Shown one piece after another: positions 10,201 to 20,454 of a stretch of DNA of 64,000 bases. The notes under the pieces are model-generated. The model did no database searches and was not told the DNA's origin. It was given only the letters and a program-made list of their open reading frames with translations. Source of the DNA: Thecamonas trahens ATCC 50062. Lineage: Eukaryota > Protista > Apusomonadida. The stretch is from assembly GCF_000142905.1 (NCBI RefSeq), contig NW_013657646.1:62001-126000 (forward strand), read 5' to 3'. The position numbers and the translations under genes were made by a program. Each line of letters begins with the position of its first letter. Position 1 is the first letter of the stretch.

Positions 10201-11832
10201 CAAGAGCGACCGCGCGGATGACGGTGTTGCCGTCAATCGCGAGCTGAACGCCATCCGAGAAGACGGCCGAGCGGCGCGAGGGGGTGGTGCCATCCGTGGT
10301 GTAAAAGATGATGGCGTCCGGGGTGAGGGTGGAGAGTGTGACGAGAAAGACCTTGGTGTAAGAGCCTGGCGGCGGGTCGGCAGTCGGCGCGGCGGTCTGG
10401 GCGAGGACAGCAGCAAGGCGTAGGGCCTCGATCTGTGGCAGGCGGGCGGTGTAGATATTGCGGGCGAGGACCGAGTCATTTTGCAACTGGACCTCGAGTA
10501 GCAGGGCGTTCCAGGCGTCAAAGACACTGGGGAAACCAGTGACGGTCATGGAGCGCTCCAAGAGAGTGCCTGACGAGAGAGTGGCGTTGTAGCCGACACG
10601 GACGCGCTCGGAAGCGATAGTGTGGGCGAGTGAGGGACGAACAGGGTAGCCGGAGATGCCGAAGAAGGAGCTGGCAACAGCCTGCTCTTCCGGTGATGCA
10701 ATGTAGTCCATAAACTCCAGGGAGTGGTGAGGGTATATAGAGTTTGCGGGCACAGCCGCGATCTGGATGATACCGAGCTCGCCGTCTGTGCGGGCAGTGG
10801 CGGGCACGGCGTGCTTCACTGGGCCGTCGTAGACCGGGAAGCGAAAGGCACCGAGGTCCGACGAGACCATGGAGCCGCGGATCTGCGGAATGATGGACGC
10901 AACCTCAAAGCCGCAGAAAAGGCCGTGTGGGGCCCGTCAAGCGACTCGGCGTAGTACAGGTCGGTGTAGCCGGTGGCGGGATCGCCGCTCATGTACAAGG
11001 CGGCGACGTCGGCGAGAACATCGAGGACGTCGAGAATGCGGGGGTCGCCAAAAGGCACAGAGCCGGACATAAACTGCGAGTAGACCTCGTTGCCATACAT
11101 GCGGATGAAGAGATAGTCAAAGTAGACTGTGGGTGGAAAGCCCATCCACCGAGGCATGGCGTGCGAAATGCACGGGCGCCCGAGCGCCGTCCAGACCTGG
11201 CACACCTCCTTGAGCTGCGACCACGTCTCTGGCGGCGAGAGGCCTGCGGCGGCCCATCGCGACTTGGAGTAGACGCAGACGTGGGTGTCGCCTGCAAGCG
11301 GGATGCCGTAGACCGACGGATGGGTCTTGGCGGTGACAGCAGTGCGAGCAGCCTCGAGCACATCGCCATCAAAGGCGGCATTGGCCCAGATCTCGTCGAG
11401 ATTGACGTACTTACCCTTGTCCATGAGGTCCAGCTCGCCGCCAGAGCCGTAGAACGGGATGATGTCCGGCGCGCCAAGGGCATCAACCCAATGAAGGTAG
11501 CCAGCCGAGTCTGGAACGCCCAGATTGTGGAAGGAGATCGACGACGTAGCATTGATCCGACTGTTCCACCGATCCACAGCAGCATTGAGAGCTCTTCCTG
11601 GGCCTGTGTTGAGGTTAAAGTAGCTGAAGCAGCGGAGATGAACCAGAGGTTCTGCCGTTGACGACGACGATGCCATTGACGGAGTTGATGTCGACCGAGT
11701 TGAGGCGTCACTTGTTCTTGCCAGACCACCACCTAGCGGAGCCCAGCCATGACCATACGAAGCACAGCATGAGACCACGAGTCCCACACTGACCACCAGC
11801 CAGAGCATCTCTAGCAAACTATGTGACGACAT
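7211..11832 (-). CDS. Receptor-like kinase: signal peptide, extracellular solute-binding domain, Fn3-associated domain, TM, TKL kinase, degenerate cyclase, pseudokinase. Frame break near 10870-10937.
   Basis: Joins ORFs 10816..11832 and 7211..10870. SBP motifs VYGIP and YSKSRWAAAGLSPPETWSQL; IFYTTDGTTPS; kinase GIGSFG, HGDFKSLN, DFG, APE; second kinase has HGALK. Confidence 0.85.
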
Positions 11833-12561
11833 AGATGCTTATTTGAAGTCGGGGTGTGGTTGCGGTGGTGGGAGGAGGAGGAGGAGGTGGCAAGGGGGGG
11901 GGGGGAAGGTGGCAACTTCTCGTGCGGTTTGCTCGGTTTTTTCCGTGCCAATCGGGAGAACAAACGTTCATTGTCAAGTAAATCATTTTGGAGACGCTCC
12001 GTTCACTGCTACACTTGCATGAATAGTCATCAAAGAGTGAACAGAAGATGAAGTTCCGTTTGGCAGACAAGAACGGTATGGTGTACAAGGGGGTAGTCGT
12101 GGGGGAGGGGAGTATGTTCCTACACCACTTATTTGTCGTGCGCGTCAAAGATGATAATTGGCTTTGGTGATGCGATTGCGTGGGAGGGGGAGGGGGAAGA
12201 AGGGGGGGGGGGGGAGGACTTTGGGGCTAATTCATTGGATATCACGACCAGAGTCAATGACATTATTCAACGTGTGCGACATGAGGACAGACATATGTTC
12301 AAAATTTGAATGGCATTTGGGCGGCAAACCGGTCAAACGGGCAAAGCCAGCCGTCAAAGTCGTTCGTTGCGAGGGGAAGGAAGAGGAGGTCATACCCATC
12401 TTCAACAGGAGCATCAGCTTCTTGTTGTTGTTGAGCGATTGGTTGAAGTAGCGGTCAAGGAGAATCAAGAGCGCCCCTCTCCCTCTCCCCCGTATACTCA
12501 TATCTTGTCGTCTTCATCGTCATCTCCCTTGCTCGCTCGGTTGCTCTCTCCCGTCTCAGCC

Positions 12562-15500
12562 ATGCGTGTCCTTGCTCGTGTCGTCCGTCCTGCCCCTGCT
12601 TCCGCCTCGCACACAGCCGTTGGTATCTCAGACTCGCGAACTGTTCTTGACAGAGCTGGCTCGAGCTGTCCAGAAAGTCCAGTACGTTTTGGAGGAAAGC
12701 TGTGGTGTGGTGTGGTGATGACGGGTGTGGTGATGACGGGTGTGGTGATGACGGGTGTGGCCATGATCGAGGCCGAGGTGCGGACCGATTCGGGCCATGC
12801 TTGATGGTAGCCGTCCATGACTCTGGCCATGATCGAGGCCGAGGTGCGGACCGATTCGGGCCATGCTTGATGGTAGCCGTCCATGACTCTGGCCATGATC
12901 GAGGCCGAGGTGCGGACCGATTCGGGACATGCTTGATGTTAGCCGTCCATGGTGTAGAGACTCACAGGGAAGAGGGCAACAGCTCGTTTGAAGTCGATCG
13001 TGTGTTTGATGAGTTCTCTACGCCGCGGGGCGTGTACAACGATGAGCTTCGACCTTACGCAGAGATGGTGGTGAGCCAACTGACCGATGCTGCCGTGGTG
13101 GTGTATGGCGGACCGGGGACTGGAAAGCGGAGTCTGCTGCTGGGCGCTCCGGGCGGCGATCCGGGCCTGGCCTCAGTTGCCCTTGCCTCGGTCTTCCAGT
13201 TCATGGATGCTGAGACCGAGGCGGGCTCGGACGATGCGTTTGTGGTCCGGCTCTCGCTCGCGCTTGTGCGCGACGAGAACGTGACCGATGCCTTGAGGCC
13301 GCCGGGCGCCGTTGCGGCTGGCGCTGCCGCCGCTGACGCTCTTGCCGCCGACGGTGACATCATCTGCTCCGAGGTCATCATCGCTTCGCCTGACGAGGGC
13401 TTTGCGCTCCTCGAGTCGCGGGCCCGGGCGGTCCACGCCATGGCCGGCGATGCCCACGTCGTGCTCAACATTGCGGTCGAGCGCATTACCCATGAGCTGG
13501 TCGAGACGCCGGCGCCGTCGCGGTTCTTCAAGAAGCCGCCGCAGCGCAAGCAGGTGCGGTACGAGGCCAAGCTGACGTTTGTGCTGGTGGCCGCGACTGG
13601 GTCACACACACCGATCACGCCCAACGCCATCTCGCTGCGGCACGACTACGCCAACTCACAGTCGCTGGCTGCACTTGACCAAGTCGTCGACGCGCTGGAG
13701 CGCGGCAACCGGCGTGATGCCGGATTTTCAAAGTCCAAGCTCACCCGCCAGCTCGAGCGTGCGCTTGTCGGCGACATTCCGGCCGTCTTTCTTGCCTGTG
13801 TTGCGCCGTATCGCCGACCGCAGCTTGACGCCATCTACACCATGCGGTGCGCCATCCGCTTCCGCGCATTTGCGCCCATCCAGCTGCCCAAGCCGCAGCT
13901 CGGCAACGTGCTCCTGGTCAAGGCCAACGCGGTTCTGTCAGCGGGCTCCGACTCAGACTATGAATCCGAACTTGACTCGCTCGAGCCGCAGCCCGGCGGA
14001 GCTGAAGTCGACAACGAGACCCGCAAGCCGTTTGTGCTCACCGTCGGCCGCGGCGATGACCCCGAGCTGGCTTCGTCGCTGTTGCGCGGCCGGCGCGCCG
14101 CAGCCGTTCCGGCCCCGGTCCCGGCCACACCCGAGGTCCGCCCCGATGCCGCTCTCGAGTCGACTGCCGGTACAGTTAGCGACCCGCTTGCCTCGCTCCG
14201 CTCCACCGCTGACGTCATGGCCATGGTCCAGTTTATGAAGGACGCCGTCGAGGCCGAGCTCGACTCGGCCGACCGGTTTGATCCGCCGCCGGCTGACGAT
14301 CCTCTCGCTGCCTTTGATCCCGAGCTGATGGCGGCACTTGCCGCCGGCGATGAGAACGTTGCGCCTGAGTCTGACAGAGCACCCAATCTTGCGCCGGAGA
14401 ACAACAAGTCGTCGTCCCGTGTTGGACGCGGCGGCCGCCGGGGCGGGCGTGGTGGGCGTGGCAGGCGTGGTGGGCGTGGCGGGCGTGGCGGGCGCGGCGA
14501 GCGCGGCGAGCGGTCGACTCCGCGCATCACCGAGCTGCAGCAGCAGGCAGCCGCAGCAGCCGAAGCCGAGCTGGCAGGCACGGGTGAACCCGACAATGGG
14601 GCTGGCACCGGCCCTGACTTTGATCTGTCCACCAACGACGTGGGCAAGCTCAAGGCGCAGCTCAAGGCTGCCAAGGAGGCGCTCGCTGGGAGCAAGTTCT
14701 TCCGAGCAGCGATGAAGAGTTCTGTGGCCAAGCTCAAGCAGCAGTTGACTGACGTCGAGACTGAGCGCGATGCGCTGGCCGAGAAGTTGCGTGGCAAGGT
14801 GGCGCGCGAGAGCAAGCTGCTATCGGGCAAGGCGACGGGCGCATCGCGGCAGGTCAAGCAGGCGAACGACAAGGCGCGGGCCGCTGAGGCCGAGGCGGCC
14901 AAGCTGAGCAAGCAGGTTCATGCGCTCAAGCAAAAGTCGCTCCTTCGCGACAGAAAGTGGAAGGAGCAGACGGCGGCCAAGATTAGCGAGCTGCATGCAG
15001 AGCACGAGGCTGCGGTGGCCAACCTCCGGTCGGCGGCCAAGACCGCCAAGGCCGTGCCAAAGCTCAAGGCGCGCAACGCCCAGCTCGAGGCTGCCCTGGC
15101 GCAAAAGACCGAGGATGTGCGTACGCTCTCAGATGAAGTCCTCCGCCTCCGGAGCGTGGCGCAGGAGCTCGGTGAGTCGGTCAAGTTTGCACAGACCGCG
15201 GGACGGCGGTCCCACGCCATGCCGGCGCGGGCAGAGGGCGAAATCGACGGCATCTCGCGCGAAGCCATTGCTGCGGCGCTGGCGACGGCCGAGCAGATGG
15301 CGGCCAAGGTCCACGTCAAGGACAAGCAAATTGCCAAGCTTCACGCTGCGCTGGCCGAGGCCCGGCGGGCCGGAGGCCTTGCGCTCTACGGGCACGGCGA
15401 GGCCGCACGGGCGGCACATCTCGAGCGGGCCGGCGAGATGGAGAGCCTTCTCAAGTCGGAGCAGGCCAAGCTCGCCGAGGCAACGCATGGCGCCGACGGC

Positions 15501-15842
15501 ACCAATCGGCGGGTCCTTGTCCAGCTCGCCGAGTCGCGGGCGGCTGTGGCCATTGCCGAGGCGACGATTGCGCAGCTGCGGTCGGCGCTCCTCGACGCCC
15601 ACGCAGAGCTCGCGCGCTTCTCAGGAGCCGCAGCTGTGCACGAGGCCAACACCTCGCTTGATGCCTCGAGCCGGGTGCTTGACAGCTCGCTGGCCATGGA
15701 CGAGGTCCGGCGGCTCCCGTCCACGGCGGCTGTGACCATCACCTACGCGTCGCCCATGAAGCGGTCAGAGGAGCTCGAGCTCGGCGATGACGTGTCGAGC
15801 CTCCTGCAGCGGGCACAGGAGGAGACGCAGCATGAGCAGTAG
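12562..15842 (+). CDS. Kinesin-like protein with degenerate motor, RGG tract and coiled-coil tail. Proposed exons 12562-12622, 12654-12681, 12968-15842.
   Basis: MRVLARVVRP, FEVDRVFD, YGGPGTGK, SLAALDQVVDAL and SKLTRQL follow kinesin motor order. GT-AG junctions restore one frame. Confidence 0.7.
12709..12951. repeat. 15-bp x3 followed by 66-bp x3 tandem repeats inside the predicted kinesin intron 2
   Basis: (GGTGTGGTGATGACG)3, then GGCCATGATCGAGGCC...CATGACTCT x3 starting at 12759. Confidence 0.93.
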
Positions 15843-15872
15843 TAGCAAAGAGAGTGAGGTGCGAGTCTGTTA

Positions 15873-17232
15873 TTACACAATGCGCTCGAGGTCGCGTGCG
15901 TAGCCGAGCATGTCGGAGATGACGCGGAGCGAGGGGACCTTGGCCTCAGCCGAGGCGGCGGCGGTCGGGGTGGTGGCGGTTCCGCCCGGGCGGAGGTGGA
16001 CGACACCGGCGTCGATGAGCCAGCCAAAGTCAGCGGCCAGCTCTGCGAGCTCTGCGTCGGACTCGCAGACAAGGAGGGTCTTGGCGCGAGCGACCGGCAT
16101 GTCGGCGTAGGCGGTGGCGACGCAGGCGGCCATCTCGGCCTTGACCGCGTCGCGGAGCTTGTTGGCAAAGTAAGCCTCGTACGACGAGGCGTCAGCGGCC
16201 AGCTGCGAAGTCATCTCGATGACGTTTGCGTAGCGACCGTCGTTGAGCAGCTGCTCGAGCTCGACCACGGCGGCGACCTGCGGGTTGGCGAGGACGGCGG
16301 CCGGGAGCGTCTCCAGCAGCATGTGAAACGGAGCCGGGTACTCCGAGTCGCGGGTAAGAACGTGCAGGAGATGAAGCGAGACCATATGGGCCTCCTTCTC
16401 TGACGGCGCCAGCACGTCACGGTAGTCGGCGTAGTACGCCGCCAGCTGCGTCATGTGCCGCTCAAACGCCTCCGTCTCACGCTGCTTCACCGCCAGCAGC
16501 ACTGCGTACTCGAGCACTGCCCGCGCCGTCTCGCCGCCATCACTTGCGCCCGGAACCAGGAAGCCCTCTTCCACCAGTGCGATCTGTGGTGTAGTGGCTG
16601 GTCAGTGAGTGGTGTGTCGGCATGTAGGGGGGAGAGTGGGAGGGGTCGGGGTTGGTCGGCAGACGACGGCAACCACAAATCCACTACATGTGCCCCTATG
16701 CTCCCCTATGTCCCCCCTGTGCACCTGTCCCCCCATATCCAGTCAATGGTGTACATGATGAACGAGGTGTTCAAGTTACGACCTTCTTCTGACGAGTGGC
16801 GGGGCGGAGGGGCGGAGGTCCTGAGGTGCATACCCCCCGTATCCATAGTCATGATGATACCAGCTTCCACACACCCCTACCAACATATAATACATGTTCA
16901 TACACAAATAACTATGTGATTGTATCTCTATACAGGTACATGGGTAGCCCTCACAGTCAGAGGCCTTCCCCTAACCCCGCCAGCGGTAGGTCGCCTTGGC
17001 CGCCGCCCGATCAGCCGCCCAAAGCGAAACGATCGCGCCGGTGGGGGGGAAGGGGGGGAAGGGGAAAAGGTCTGCTGAGGGTGGGGCTGGGGGAGGGGGG
17101 GAGGGGGGAGGAAGAGGGGACAATCACACATACCTTCAGCTCATTCAGGAGCTTGGTGCACTTGGCATAGTTCGGAGCCTTGCCCTCAAACTCGCTCTGG
17201 AAGGCCTTGAACTGGGCAGTCACCCCAGACAT
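15873..17232 (-). CDS. RPN12: 26S proteasome lid subunit RPN12 (PSMD8). Exons 17134-17232 and 15873-16583.
   Basis: LLNELK|IALVEEGFL across a GTATGT..CAG intron; ARAVLEYAV, FERHMTQL..YY, ELEQLLNDGRY; C-terminal YARDLERIV. Confidence 0.93.
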
Positions 17233-17456
17233 GTTGCGCAGTTGGGTGGCACTCGTCTGGCTCGAACGGCCTGGCACTCTGCGCTGTCATCCCCCTGCGG
17301 GCGATCGATCGCCAAGTGATCGATCGCCACCGCTCCCCCCCCCCCCCTTACTCGCTGACGTCTAAGCACATGGCTTCCATTGGATTGATCGATGTGTTGG
17401 ATGATAGCGCGGTTGCAGGTGGTGATGGGAGGAGTACTGGAGGGATAGCCAAAGGT

Positions 17457-19991
17457 TTAGATGTTGAGGAGCTCGACCGAGTAGTCCGGCACGTTGGCGA
17501 CAACCAGGCGCGACGACTTGGACGAGAGCTGGGCGAGGATGCCGTCGATAGACTGCAGCTCATCGCAGAGGACGAGCTGCGACGAGACGAGCTTGGTCAG
17601 TTCGCCGACCGAAGACCAGCACTCATCGTCGAGGACCATGTCGGCAAAGTGGGTGTCGAGGAGCATGCGCATCCAGTCGAGGATGGCCGAGAACCGCGGG
17701 ATGGGGAGGAGCGGCGAGCGGAGGGCGCGCAGGTCGTCAAACGAGCGGCGCATGTATCGCGACATCCACTTGAGGCCAGACTTGAGCAGGACAGTAAGGG
17801 CCGGGACCTCAAGGCGGCGCAGGTGCGGGCGGAGGAAGGCGCCCGAGTGCGAGTAGCCAAAGACGAGCGAGATCATGGTGTCGACTGCCGAGTCGGAGCC
17901 CATGCGCAGGTGGCGGATGTTGGCGCCGCCGGCCGGCCAGGCCCGCGAGACGGCGGCAGCGTGAGCAGCGTCGACCTCGGGAATGAGGCCGATGTCTTCG
18001 ACCAGGAGCGTGCCGGCCTCGATGGCGTCAAACAGCGCCTCGATCGACGCCCGGAACGCCTGGCCTTGCTCCGACTGGCCGACGTGGGCCTCGACGAGCA
18101 GCTCAAGGAGGGCAAACAGCTGCTCCTCGGTCAAGTCCGAGACATGGACCAGGACCGAGGCGAGAAGGCCCCACTGGGCATTGTCAATGAGGGTGGGGAT
18201 GAGCGCAGGCGTCGCTGTGGCCGACAGCACTCCGCGCATGACGAGGGCGCGGATGACGTCCCACGCCTTGGTCCGCAGCGCCGCCGCCACGGCCACGGCC
18301 ACAAACGCCGGTGAGAGGTAGACGTACGGCGGGCCGGCCTCCAGCGCCTCGGCGTACGCCTCAAAGTGGGTCCGCACCTCGGCAGCGTTCTCGGCGTCGG
18401 CCAGCGCCTTCATCAACACAGACTCCTTGGCCTCGACGGTTGCCACGTCGTCGGCCCAGCCGTCGACATCGACGCCGAGCGCAAGCAGCTGATCGGCGTC
18501 GACAACTGCAGTCGGGGCGGACGCGCCGTCGCCGTTGGCCTGCACCCCGACCGGCGCCGACAGCGCCGCGGCGAGCGTAAAGACTGGCAGCTTGGCGAGA
18601 ATGAGCACGACTTCGTGGGTGAAGACTGCCATCGCCGGATGCCGCCGCTCATGCGGCGCAGGCGTCGGGTAGACGAGCGCCTGGAAGAGACCGGACTTGC
18701 TGGGCAGGTCGTCGAGGCTCTGCAGTGTGCCGTACGCGGTGTCGTAGACCGCCAGAGCCGAGCTCTGGTTAGAGCTCGCCTTGACCGCCACCGTGTACTC
18801 GTGGACGGTCTTGGCTGCGACAACCGCGCCTGCGCCGCTGCCAAGGCCGCCGGCCAGCGGCGCGAGAGCCACCAGCTTGGTCCGCTGCTCGGCCTCGGAG
18901 TCGAGCTCGACGAAGAGCCGGACCGGGGTGAGGCCGGGTGCAACGACCAGCAGCGCCAGGGTGGCGGCCGTTGCCGCCTGCTCGTCGATCTCAATCTTAA
19001 GGGCGTCGACGTCGAGCTCGGCGTCGTCGCGGCCGGCGGCGGCGGCAGCGAGCAGCTCGGCGGCTGGCACCACGACCTTGGCCAGCTTGCGGGCAGTCAG
19101 CCGCGGCACTGCCGCCGCAGTATCCTCAACCATGCCCTCGACTTCCATGGCAGCCACGGTAGCCTCATCATCCTCGGGCACCATCATGTCGAGGACAGCG
19201 AGACCGATCTCCAGCGCCTTGCGACGGGCGGCCCAGCCGGCCACCACCGCCACGGGGCGGGCACCAGTCTCGCTCGCGCCGGCCACATCGCGGAGGAGGA
19301 CCCGCGAGTTCTTGGCCACAAGGTCCTTGGTCATGGCAGGCGCCAGGCGCTCCGCGCCCGACCGCAGCAGCGCGTCGTACGAGAGCACGCCCACGGCACG
19401 GGCCGAGTTAAAGACAACCACCGCGCCACGCGAGAGCGCCACCATCTTGCTCAGCTTGAACGACAGCCGGGCCAGGGTCGGGGCGAGCATCATGCCCTGG
19501 CCTCCCGACTCTGCATCGTCGTTGTCGCTCTCCTCCGCCATGTCATTTGCGCCCCGAGACGAGCGCGACGGCGGCGGGCCGACTGTAGAGGCATCATCCA
19601 GGCGGGCAGCAGAATGATGCAGATCCCAGACCAAAAGAGCTGCGCCCTTGTCCACCGGAGCTGCGAGAAGCGAGGGAGTGGCATCAGGCTCTGGCGAGGA
19701 GAGAGATTCGGCCGTCGTCTTCTTGCTGTTCCTCGTCGATGACGAGGCACTCGAGTTTGACACATCGTTGCTCTTCGACTCGATTGCAGAAGCAGGGACA
19801 ATGACTGCATGAGCAGAAAAGGTATGCTTTGAAGCCGCCGTCCAGTTTGCCCTCATCCGACCATCTGTCAATGAATACAGATAAACACCTTCCGCAGCAA
19901 CCGTGACTGCCGCCAGACCCAGGCAAGGCGACATGCAAGCTCCCACCACAGGCGCAGCATACGAGGCAAGCGGTGACAAAGTAGTCTCCAT
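17457..19991 (-). CDS. NOL11: Nucleolar protein 11 (NOL11/Utp8-like)
   Basis: N-terminal VTV...VYLYSLTDGRMRANW and C-terminal ILDWMRMLLDTHF...YSVELLNI resemble the NOL11 termini. Confidence 0.75.
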   Translation of the reverse strand: METTLSPLASYAAPVVGACMSPCLGLAAVTVAAEGVYLYSLTDGRMRANWTAASKHTFSAHAVIVPASAIESKSNDVSNSSASSSTRNSKKTTAESLSSPEPDATPSLLAAPVDKGAALLVWDLHHSAARLDDASTVGPPPSRSSRGANDMAEESDNDDAESGGQGMMLAPTLARLSFKLSKMVALSRGAVVVFNSARAVGVLSYDALLRSGAERLAPAMTKDLVAKNSRVLLRDVAGASETGARPVAVVAGWAARRKALEIGLAVLDMMVPEDDEATVAAMEVEGMVEDTAAAVPRLTARKLAKVVVPAAELLAAAAAGRDDAELDVDALKIEIDEQAATAATLALLVVAPGLTPVRLFVELDSEAEQRTKLVALAPLAGGLGSGAGAVVAAKTVHEYTVAVKASSNQSSALAVYDTAYGTLQSLDDLPSKSGLFQALVYPTPAPHERRHPAMAVFTHEVVLILAKLPVFTLAAALSAPVGVQANGDGASAPTAVVDADQLLALGVDVDGWADDVATVEAKESVLMKALADAENAAEVRTHFEAYAEALEAGPPYVYLSPAFVAVAVAAALRTKAWDVIRALVMRGVLSATATPALIPTLIDNAQWGLLASVLVHVSDLTEEQLFALLELLVEAHVGQSEQGQAFRASIEALFDAIEAGTLLVEDIGLIPEVDAAHAAAVSRAWPAGGANIRHLRMGSDSAVDTMISLVFGYSHSGAFLRPHLRRLEVPALTVLLKSGLKWMSRYMRRSFDDLRALRSPLLPIPRFSAILDWMRMLLDTHFADMVLDDECWSSVGELTKLVSSQLVLCDELQSIDGILAQLSSKSSRLVVANVPDYSVELLNI

Positions 19992-20138
19992 GTTGTACTC
20001 TATCCTCGTCCTTACAACTAGATAGCTGTGGGTACTCTCTCTTGCTACAGCCACTCGCTGCTTCTCCGTATGATCCCTGGAGAGAGGCGTAGCTTGGCTC
20101 AACTCCGAGATGGATGGCTGGATGGTCTTCTTGACGAA

Positions 20139-20360
20139 CGCCGACCGCCGACCGCCGACCGCCGACCGCCGACTGCTCGCCGACGACTTGCCGACCATTA
20201 CTTGCCGACTGCTCGCCGACGACTTGCCGATCGCTCACCGCCAACCGCCGACCGCTCGCCGGCCATTACTTGCCGACTGCTCGCCGACGACTTGCCGATC
20301 GCTCGCCGACCACTACCTACCGACCTCTACTTGCTGACCACTCGCCGACGATCGCTCGTC
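20139..20360. repeat. Compound minisatellite with a GCCGAC core (7-bp and about 36-bp units)
   Basis: About five CGCCGAC copies, then repeats of TTGCCGACTGCTCGCCGACGACTTGCCGA. Confidence 0.88.
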
Positions 20361-20454
20361 GATGACCGCTTGCCCACTGCCAGCCTCCAGCTGATCACGA
20401 CTTGGGATGGTGGTGTGGGGATGGGATTGCTATTGGGTGACGTAATGTCGTTTA

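Noticed and set aside
12232-12501. Minus-strand ORF with a possible GTATGA donor
   Set aside because: Short, no recognisable motif, and no partner exon found.
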